From Oscillospiraceae bacterium (GTDB lineage Bacteria; Bacillota; Clostridia; Oscillospirales; Oscillospiraceae), in NCBI GenBank assembly GCA_030625685.1, contig DAOUQJ010000004.1, positions 7,028 to 71,027 on the forward strand: a stretch of DNA of 64,000 nt, written 5' to 3'. Position numbers and translations under genes: made by a program. The notes below the pieces were generated by a model. The model ran no database searches. It had not been told where the DNA came from and was given only the letters and a program-made list of their open reading frames with translations. Below are positions 50,018-57,631 of the stretch, one piece after another. Position 1 is the first letter of the stretch; every line of letters begins with the position of its first letter.

Positions 50018-50422
50018 TTATCTTATTCCTTATTCCTTTATGATATAATCAATATTGTTTAATATTACGTTATATTTATCATCATTTTAATCAGATAAAT
50101 GAATATTATCGAAATCTTTTCATTCACGCCATTTATGAAAAAGTTGCGACAATATTTACCTAACTCCATTTTTGTTCTGTTAACTTTTACATGTTACTAC
50201 AATATATTGATTTTTACAACTTTTAAAAATAAAAGGATATGTCTCCACATATTAAACCCATCATCCTAGAGAATGAAATCATACAGCCAATCAATTTCAA
50301 AATTGATTTAACTAAAATGAGGGGTTCACTTTTATCTTTTTGGTTTAAAATCTATATTGATATAAAACTCACTGATCTGGGTATTTTGTTATATCCAATA
50401 TTACTGTCTGCGATTAATTTTT

Positions 50423-50460
50423 AAAAAAGACGTTCAGAAATTGTTCTGAACGTCTTTTTT
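50423..50460 (+). terminator. Intrinsic terminator
   Basis: Stem aagacgttcagaa/ttctgaacgtctt followed by TTTT. Confidence 0.65.
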
Positions 50461-50530
50461 AGATGATATAAATATATTAATTCAATAACCGCATAAAATA
50501 TTCAAAGTCTAATCTAAAAGGTGGGATAGT

Positions 50531-50680
50531 ATGAAGACAATGGACAACAACAAATACAGTTTAGACAATTACTCAACTGCTCGTAAATGCTTTAAACGAG
50601 GTGTTTACTTTACTTTATTTGAAAAGAATAAAATATCCTACGTTCAGTTAAAAAAACTAATCGAAAAAAACCGCTTATAA
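50531..50680 (+). CDS. Conserved 49-aa ORF upstream of recombinase B
   Basis: MKTMDNNKYSLDNYSTARKCFKRGVYFTLFEKNKISYVQLKKLIEKNRL, with SD AAAGGTGGG. It is a homolog of the ORF at 48419-48565. Confidence 0.55.
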   Translation: MKTMDNNKYSLDNYSTARKCFKRGVYFTLFEKNKISYVQLKKLIEKNRL

Positions 50681-50704
50681 TTCATATGGGAGAAAAAGAT
50701 TTTC

Positions 50705-52333
50705 ATGAAAGTAGCAGCCTATTGTCGTGTATCAACAGATAAAGATGATCAATTACATAGTCTAGCCAACCAAATTGAATACTTTACAACATATATCAAT
50801 AACCACAATACTTGGCAGTTGGTGGACATTTTCGCTGACGAAGGTATCACTGGAACTTCTACCAAAAATCGAACCGAGTTTAATCGAATGATTTCTATGG
50901 CACAGAATAAAGAACTTGATTTTATCATTACAAAAGAAGTATCTCGTTTTTCTAGAAACACCATTGACACATTATCATATACGCGTCAGTTAAAAGAGAT
51001 GGGAATAGGGGTTCTATTTATTAATGATAATATCAACACCCTCGACAATGAAGGTGAATTTAGACTCACCATTATGGCATCCGTTGCGCAGGAAGAATCC
51101 AGAAAAATATCTGAACGTGTTAAGTGGGGTCAAAGAAGAAGCATGGAACAAGGTGTGGTGTTCGGTAATAATTCAATATATGGCTATCATTTAGTCAGTG
51201 GAACATTGACCATTGACAAAAAGCAAGCTGAAATTGTAAAAGAAATCTATTTCAAATATGTAGAAGAGAGAAAAGGCTCAAAAACAATTGCAAATGAATT
51301 AACACGCAATGGGATAAAACCTGTATACGCGAATTCTTGGTCAGCAGAAACCATTATGAAAATTTTAAAAAACGAAAAATATGCTGGCGATGTTTTACAT
51401 AGAAAATATGTGACGACAAATCATCTAAACCATACTGCGACACTAAATACCAATAAAGATGATGTCATTTTCATCAAAGACAATCATCCTGCGATTATTG
51501 ATAAAAAAACATGGAACAAAGCACAATCTATCATAAAATCAAGAAATTTCAAACTAGAAAATCAAAGAAACAGAGACGAGTATTGGTGCTCAGGTAAGCT
51601 GTTTTGTGGGGACTGTGGCGCTAAATTTTTTTCCTGTGCTACGAAAGGAAAAGAAGGCTATCATCACTCTTGGGTATGCTCTAACAAGAAAAAACACGGC
51701 AAGCAAAAGTTGAATCACAATCTCGAATGCGTTGGGTGCAATAATTCTAGAATTCGTGATGATATCCTCGTGTTATGCTTGAGCGCGGCAATAAAATTAT
51801 ATTGTAGCCATTCGAGCAAGACAAAAAAAGAGATAGTAAACGAGTTAGAGCATCTTCAATTTGTAAATTATAAAAAACAAAAGAATCAATTAAAAAAAAC
51901 CATAGAAACGTTACATGACAACAAAACCAAAGCTTATATCTCATTTCTCAATAATGAACTAGCGAAAGATGAAATCGACTATATTAACAAGGAAATTGAC
52001 AAAAAAATCAATATACAACATGAAGAACTAGAGAAAATTGAAAAACTCGATTCTCTGCAGAACATGCAAAAAGAAAACTTCAAAGAAAGAGATGCTATCC
52101 TTCAAGATATTTATAATAACACGTCAAATGAAATGCTAGAAAAATTATATGATTGTATCGTCGAAAAAATAGTTATCTTCAAAAGAAATGTCCAAATTCA
52201 CTTCTATGGCTTACCTTTTGTCTTTGACATTCATTTTCGTGTCAGTAGAACAAATTCAAAATATAACGTATACATAACAGAACAACAAATCTTAGAAAAC
52301 ATGAACAATTCTCACAACACGCTTTTCTCATAA
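50705..52333 (+). CDS. Large serine recombinase (paralog B)
   Basis: MKVAAYCRVSTDKDDQ, EVSRFSRNT, AQEESRKISERVKWG, and CSGKLFCGDCGAKF...WVCSN. Confidence 0.9.
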   Translation: MKVAAYCRVSTDKDDQLHSLANQIEYFTTYINNHNTWQLVDIFADEGITGTSTKNRTEFNRMISMAQNKELDFIITKEVSRFSRNTIDTLSYTRQLKEMGIGVLFINDNINTLDNEGEFRLTIMASVAQEESRKISERVKWGQRRSMEQGVVFGNNSIYGYHLVSGTLTIDKKQAEIVKEIYFKYVEERKGSKTIANELTRNGIKPVYANSWSAETIMKILKNEKYAGDVLHRKYVTTNHLNHTATLNTNKDDVIFIKDNHPAIIDKKTWNKAQSIIKSRNFKLENQRNRDEYWCSGKLFCGDCGAKFFSCATKGKEGYHHSWVCSNKKKHGKQKLNHNLECVGCNNSRIRDDILVLCLSAAIKLYCSHSSKTKKEIVNELEHLQFVNYKKQKNQLKKTIETLHDNKTKAYISFLNNELAKDEIDYINKEIDKKINIQHEELEKIEKLDSLQNMQKENFKERDAILQDIYNNTSNEMLEKLYDCIVEKIVIFKRNVQIHFYGLPFVFDIHFRVSRTNSKYNVYITEQQILENMNNSHNTLFS

Positions 52334-52598
52334 TTTAACACGTATTGAATAGCGTGTTACTCCTTTATTTTTACTATAAACATGCAGTATTTGAATCTAT
52401 ACCCAATTGCAAGCATCTATTACTCTCATTTCACTCTGTTGTATGATAACTATATAAGATCATATATGCTTTAAAAGTCCTTTTCATAAGGACTTTTTAT
52501 TTTTATAAAGTAGCTAACAAAAAACATTCTGTATTTACGAAAATATTTTTCTATAAAATAGAAAATTACGAAAATGAATTTTTTACGTGAAAACAATA

Positions 52599-52627
52599 TT
52601 GACAATACCATAGTATTGATATACTAT
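52599..52627 (+). promoter_or_regulatory. Candidate sigma-A promoter of the c-di-GMP riboswitch leader
   Basis: TTGACA (52599-52604), a 17-nt spacer, TACTAT (52622-52627). Confidence 0.45.
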
Positions 52628-52654
52628 ACACGTATACAATTAAATATAATTATC

Positions 52655-52757
52655 GAAAATCCGATAACAGCAAACTTGCCGAAAGGCAAGGACGCAAAGC
52701 CAAGGGTCTAATGCTGAGCAGCAATCTGCAAGGCTATGACAGCCGGTTGCCGAAGGT
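52655..52757 (+). promoter_or_regulatory. c-di-GMP-I (GEMM-I) riboswitch
   Basis: AACAGCAAACTTGCCGAAAGGCAAGGACGCAAAGCCAAGGGTCTAA...GACAGCCGGTTGCCGAAGG matches Vc2-type blocks: GCAAAC, a GAAA tetraloop, GGACGCAAAGCC, and GGTTaCCGAtGG. Confidence 0.85.
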
Positions 52758-52777
52758 ATTCGTCTTTTTGGAGAGTT

Positions 52778-52806
52778 CCGTTCAGTCAACCTGGACGGTT
52801 TTTTGT
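52778..52806 (+). terminator. Riboswitch expression-platform terminator
   Basis: Stem ccgttcag/ctggacgg followed by TTTTTTGTTGTTT. Confidence 0.6.
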
Positions 52807-52907
52807 TGTTTAAATAATCAATAAAAAACGCAAAAGCTCTTACTGAAAACCGCACGAAAAATTGTTACCTACACACAGAAATGAAATAAATTGAAGAAGG
52901 GATAACC

Positions 52908-53669
52908 ATGAAAAATAATAAACTAAATAGATGTTCCTCGTTCTTTCTTGCTCTTATCATAAGTTTGTCACTTTTTTCTTTTAATGCATCTGCTGTGAAG
53001 AATACCCCAGATACTCAAGAAGCTCCTGTAGTGACTGATAGTATTCCAGACACGCAAGAATCTCCCGAAGTGACCGACACTACTCCAGATACCCAAGAAT
53101 CTCTCGAAGTGACCGACACTACTCCAGACGCGCAAGAATCTCCCCAGGTGACCGACACTTCTCCAGATACTCAGGATTCTTCTGAAGCTGCTAATACTAA
53201 CACTGAAGAAGCTACTCTCATAAAATTAGAACCTGAACTAACTGCTGAAGAAAAAGCTGCAATTGAGTTTACGCAAGAAGTGTTAAGACTTGTGAATGAA
53301 AAGCGAGTAGAAGCAGGTATACTAGAACTGAATTCAATGGATGTTTTAACTGAACTAGCTCAAATAAGAGCGATTGAATCTTCTCAAGCTTTTAGTCACA
53401 CAAGACCTGACGGCACCAAATATTATACTATATTTAGTGAATACTTCCTTAGATATCGATGTGTGGGCGAAAATCTGGCTTATGGCTATAATACACCTGA
53501 ATCAGTCGTCAGAGCTTGGATGAAATCAAAATCACATAAAGCCAATATCTTAAATGCTAATTATAAATACATTGGCATTGGTTATACAAAAAAATCTGGT
53601 AAAGTGTATTGCTCACAACTATTTTATACCCCAACAATGATGCTCGCACAACCACAACCAATGATTTAA
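52908..53669 (+). CDS. Secreted CAP/SCP (YkwD-like) domain protein with an acidic tandem-repeat linker
   Basis: Signal peptide, PDTQE(S/A)P(E/V)VTD repeats, and a C-terminal CAP pattern (VNEKR...L, AFSHTRPDG, GENLAYGY, WMKSKSHKANIL). Confidence 0.8.
   Translation: MKNNKLNRCSSFFLALIISLSLFSFNASAVKNTPDTQEAPVVTDSIPDTQESPEVTDTTPDTQESLEVTDTTPDAQESPQVTDTSPDTQDSSEAANTNTEEATLIKLEPELTAEEKAAIEFTQEVLRLVNEKRVEAGILELNSMDVLTELAQIRAIESSQAFSHTRPDGTKYYTIFSEYFLRYRCVGENLAYGYNTPESVVRAWMKSKSHKANILNANYKYIGIGYTKKSGKVYCSQLFYTPTMMLAQPQPMI
53007..53201 (+). repeat. Five tandem 39-bp (13-aa) coding repeats, the last one degenerate
   Basis: Units begin CCAGA(T/C)AC at 53007, 53046, 53085, 53124 and 53163. Confidence 0.85.
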
Positions 53670-53823
53670 ACGCAAAAGCTCCCATAACTCAATAAAGAGT
53701 TATGGGAGCTTTTTACTGGCATCTATCATAGCTTAGAATACATCTACCAGTATAAAACAAGGTGGCAACTTAAGTTGCCACCTTGTTTTTACATTTTTAA
53801 ATGCTTATCAGTTTTCAATGATT

Positions 53824-56800
53824 CTAGGAAAGAACTTCTCCTGGATTTTCTGAGGAGTTTGCATTAGACCATTCCGCTTCTAATGCTGCCCAATCTCTAA
53901 CTGGTAGCAATTCAGTCCATGTTTCATGTACATCGCCAGACTCATACATAAAGTTATGTGAGTTTGTTGCTTCTTGAATATCAGGATAATACCATTTGTT
54001 TTCATCTGCATTATCAGGCCATGTAATCATACCATCAAGCATATGATCTTTTTCAGGAGAACGACCGAGCAAATTATTAATAATACGGATTGCTTCAGCT
54101 CTTGTAATATTGTTATCCGGTTTGAATGTGCCATCTGGATAACCTGCGATCAATCCATTTTCAGCAATATGGTTGATATAATTTACTGCCCAATGCCCGT
54201 TGATATCTGAGAACCAGTCATTTGATCCTGTATAGCTTCCTCCATAGAACCTTGAAGTCATAGTCGCAAGCTCAGCGCGCGTAATCGGACTGTTCGGATA
54301 GAAATTTCCATTAGGATGGCCTTCTACTATGCTTCCTTTGGTAAGTGTTGATATCGCATTGTTATACCAAAGTATAGATTCTACATCCGCATATTTATTG
54401 CTTTGGCTCCAATATGAATCTCTTGCGGAATCGTTCAGCATTCTGAAGAATATTGTAGCAACCTCTGCTCTTGTAATTGGAGCTTCTGGATATACAAATC
54501 CATCATCAAAACCAATAATGTATGCATAATGATCTGTAATCATATCTTCTTCACCCAAAACTCCACCACTTGATGTACTAGATCTTTTTGCTTTAATTCT
54601 GAAATCTCCAGGAATAACTGTTACATTATAGTTGAAATTTTCTGTGAAATCTGCTGTGATTACACCATCATATGTACCAACTGATTCATCACTATTGGCT
54701 CGGATGTATGTTATGGTTCCAAGATCATCAGGAGAAACCAAGGTGCCTGAGGTAATGCTTCCTGTAAATTCAGGATCATCTCTTCTGACTGTTTTTCTAC
54801 CGTCATCCACAGTGATTGTGATATCAACTTGTGTAATTGTCAGTGTGCCTTCTTCTTTGGTGATGTTATAAGCACTTGTTACATCATCTGTGCCACGCAT
54901 AATCGCAATATCTGTAATTGTATTTGCTGCTGTGCCCGCGTCTGTAATCGTTCCCGTTACCATCGCAGTTAAAACGTCACCTTGAACTAGGGTATCACTA
55001 TAGGTATAGCTACTTTCTCCAGTTGTGAGCGCTGTTCCATCATACATTTTACTTGCATCTGGGGAAGATACTGTCACGGAATTGCCACCTTCTGTTACCC
55101 TCAATGTACCCAAAACTTTTGCAATGATGTAGTTTTCAGCAAGTGTTACTTCATTCAGTGTGTAAGTAAATGTATTGTCACTGCTTCCAACAGATGTTTG
55201 GCTACCAGTCACATTGAAAGTTGCCCCTTCACCTTGAACAAAACCATCTCCACTTTCGGCAACTGTATGATTGAGCAATGCTGTTCCATCATATACCTTA
55301 GTAGCATCTCCTGAAGTTAAAGTAACCGACCGCGCTGTCACTTGAATGGTGACATCATCCGTAAATAAGTCTTCATTTCCTTCTTGCAATGCTTTCACAC
55401 TTACTGTCACGATACCTTCAGATACATTTGTGACACTAGGGGCTGTGGAAGACCACTCTCCAGTACCAACTTTATAGTAAATCGTGTATCCTGTCGGTGC
55501 GTTTGCCATGACAGCGTGTGCATTTCCGTCATAAAGCCAAGCCCCACCGTATGCTTCTAACTCTTCTCCAGTTGAATTGTCTTTAATCTCAAAATCACCT
55601 GGCATAATGGTTACATCATAATTTGAATTTGCAGTATAGTTTGCAGACAACACTTCCATATATACTCCAACACTTTCTTCAGATGTATTGGTACGATAGT
55701 AAGAAATTGTTCCCAAATCATTGCCGTCTACTAGTGCTCCTGATGTAATGGAGCCAGTAAAGACTGGGTCTGCTTCTCCAAAGAATTTTTCTGCATCGTT
55801 GACTGTGATTGTAACCATACTTGCGGTCAAATTCAGTTGACCGTTTTCAATTGTGATATCATATTTCGTCGTCACATCATAATCATCTGACGTATCGCCC
55901 TCTGTGCCATCATCATTCATAATTGCATATCCAGCATCAATTGCATTCGTTACAGGACTGTCAGCAACATTTGTAATACTACCACTTGAGCTGGCTACCA
56001 AGTAATCGCCATCATTCAAACTTCCTGATGTAACTGTAACGCTGTCGAAGCTATGAGCATTGCCATCATATTCCCAAGTTTGGCTGCCAGCAGTAATTGT
56101 AATGGGTGTGAGCGCGAAATAGGAATAGTAGATATCGATAGCACCATAATATTCACTTGTCAAATCAACAGTAACTGTTCCGTCTTCTGATACGCTTACC
56201 GTTCCTTCACCACTAGGTATCGCCTGGTCAACAACAGTATTTCCGACAGATGTCTCAGAAATAACTTCCTCTCCATCAATCTCTACGACAACATTCAGAT
56301 AGTCATATCCTTCAATGGATACTGGATTTTTTTCGTATGTTCCAACTTGCAATCCATTAAAACTAACAGGTTCTGTTTGTGTTAAGTCAATGATAGGATC
56401 AGCGGGTGGATATTCATGAAACACATTTAGAGAACCTAACACTTGAAAATATGTATTTTCTAATTCAAATCCTCCTGGAAAATTAAGAGCAATTAAAAGT
56501 TGAGCTGGTATTTCAGATACTTCAATGGCTCCAATCATCCAATAATATGCGCCACTGTCATTTTTTCCATATGGCGCTTCGTCTATCACTATTGCACCAC
56601 TGCCATCCTTAACTACTAAGTTTGTATTATCTGGATAATTTCTCACATCGGGGAGTTCATCCCAATAATCAACAGTTATACCATCAACTTCTAAATGGTA
56701 TTTTGCATCACTCAAACTGTGGTTCATGGTTGTAAGTGCTACATACACGTAATTTCCATCTTGCCACACATATCGCGCATTGGTATGGTCATTAGTTGAA

Positions 56801-56982
56801 TCAGCTATCAAATTGTATACACCTAAATCAGCAGTATACCCATTTCCTGAATCAAAGGCAGGTGTTGCAGCGGAAGAAGTTGTAGAAACCACCAATGCCA
56901 ATAATGCAACAACGATTACAGATGCAATGAGCCATTTTCTCAATCTCTGCGGATGTGCATTTATTTTACTCGTGTCATTCAT
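53824..56982 (-). CDS. Large SLH-anchored surface protein with MBG-type (YDGxA) repeat domains
   Basis: Signal anchor, repeated ...YDG(N/T)A... and DP(V/E)FTGSITSG(A/T)LV..DDLGTI(S/T)Y modules, and three C-terminal SLH repeats (ITRAEVATIFFRML etc.). I place the start at ATG 56982 behind AAAGGGGA. Confidence 0.8.
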   Translation of the reverse strand: MNDTSKINAHPQRLRKWLIASVIVVALLALVVSTTSSAATPAFDSGNGYTADLGVYNLIADSTNDHTNARYVWQDGNYVYVALTTMNHSLSDAKYHLEVDGITVDYWDELPDVRNYPDNTNLVVKDGSGAIVIDEAPYGKNDSGAYYWMIGAIEVSEIPAQLLIALNFPGGFELENTYFQVLGSLNVFHEYPPADPIIDLTQTEPVSFNGLQVGTYEKNPVSIEGYDYLNVVVEIDGEEVISETSVGNTVVDQAIPSGEGTVSVSEDGTVTVDLTSEYYGAIDIYYSYFALTPITITAGSQTWEYDGNAHSFDSVTVTSGSLNDGDYLVASSSGSITNVADSPVTNAIDAGYAIMNDDGTEGDTSDDYDVTTKYDITIENGQLNLTASMVTITVNDAEKFFGEADPVFTGSITSGALVDGNDLGTISYYRTNTSEESVGVYMEVLSANYTANSNYDVTIMPGDFEIKDNSTGEELEAYGGAWLYDGNAHAVMANAPTGYTIYYKVGTGEWSSTAPSVTNVSEGIVTVSVKALQEGNEDLFTDDVTIQVTARSVTLTSGDATKVYDGTALLNHTVAESGDGFVQGEGATFNVTGSQTSVGSSDNTFTYTLNEVTLAENYIIAKVLGTLRVTEGGNSVTVSSPDASKMYDGTALTTGESSYTYSDTLVQGDVLTAMVTGTITDAGTAANTITDIAIMRGTDDVTSAYNITKEEGTLTITQVDITITVDDGRKTVRRDDPEFTGSITSGTLVSPDDLGTITYIRANSDESVGTYDGVITADFTENFNYNVTVIPGDFRIKAKRSSTSSGGVLGEEDMITDHYAYIIGFDDGFVYPEAPITRAEVATIFFRMLNDSARDSYWSQSNKYADVESILWYNNAISTLTKGSIVEGHPNGNFYPNSPITRAELATMTSRFYGGSYTGSNDWFSDINGHWAVNYINHIAENGLIAGYPDGTFKPDNNITRAEAIRIINNLLGRSPEKDHMLDGMITWPDNADENKWYYPDIQEATNSHNFMYESGDVHETWTELLPVRDWAALEAEWSNANSSENPGEVLS

Positions 56983-57455
56983 AATACTATCCCCTTTCAT
57001 CTACTTTGATGTACGAAACATCATTTTCTTTACAACGTTCCTGTCAATGCGCTCGTCTTGATTTTCTGCTGATAAAATGATCTATCCACAACCCTTACCC
57101 TAACCATTGTACTGTTTTTGTATATCTTAATTAATTGTTTTAGACTTCCATAAAATTCATTACATTTTTGTTTATTTTGCATATTTATAACTAGATTTTT
57201 TTATATTTTTTGTCTATTTTATTTTGTTATTATACCATGCATGAATTATTTGTCAAATTATTTATCAAAAATTGGATAAATTAATTTATGTATATATGTA
57301 AGACCTAAAAAAAACTACTTTAGACTCAATAGAAAAGATTGAACCCTCTGTTTTTTCTTAAATTTTAAATACCAAGACGCTTTTTTTCTACCTTTCTCGC
57401 TTCATCTATGTTAATTTACGATAAAATCAAACGCAATACTCTGTTATATACTTCC

Positions 57456-57493
57456 AAAAACCCCCTATAGCCAATAAAGGTTATAGGGGGTTT
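57456..57493. terminator. Bidirectional terminator hairpin
   Basis: Stem ccccctata/tataggggg flanked by AAAAA and TTT. Confidence 0.55.
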
Positions 57494-57631
57494 AATATTA
57501 TTTATTCATCATATCACAAATTGAGAAGCTCAATTGTTAGTATAGTTCATCGTCACTTTCAATTTGAAAACTGTTTCCATAGAGTAAAGCGTTACGATTC
57601 ATTCTGTAAAGTAACAAGCCTGAACTTCTTT

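Noticed and set aside
50239-50424. 61-aa plus-strand ORF between the recombinase modules
   Set aside because: The AGGA lies only 1 nt from the ATG and no motif is recognisable. It might be real, since a terminator follows, but the support is too weak to annotate.
50472-50500. A sigma-E/sigma-K-like promoter (ATA-N17-CATAAAATA) upstream of the recombinase B module, and similar near-matches upstream of recombinase A and the spoIIID-element recombinase
   Set aside because: In DNA this AT-rich, partial CATA-type matches are expected by chance. Without a scoring matrix or transcript data I cannot support them as features.
52336-52359. The inverted repeat TAACACG-N10-CGTGTTA after recombinase B, taken as a definite att site
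   Set aside because: It could equally be a weak transcription terminator. It shares no core with either dpaA junction, so it is kept only as a remark within the composite-element finding.
52640-52855. 71-aa minus-strand ORF
   Set aside because: It overlaps the c-di-GMP-I riboswitch and its terminator on the opposite strand, and the RNA-element explanation is much stronger.
53007-53201. Regularly spaced 39-bp repeats as a possible CRISPR array
   Set aside because: The units are contiguous with no spacers, in frame, and encode PDTQESPEVTDTT-type peptide repeats inside the CAP-domain gene. No CRISPR array is visible anywhere in the window.
57001-57455. A second c-di-GMP riboswitch upstream of the SLH/MBG adhesin gene
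   Set aside because: I read the minus strand of the 5' leader and found neither the GEMM-I blocks (GCAAAC...GACGCAAAGCC) nor a recognisable GEMM-II core. The region is just AT-rich.
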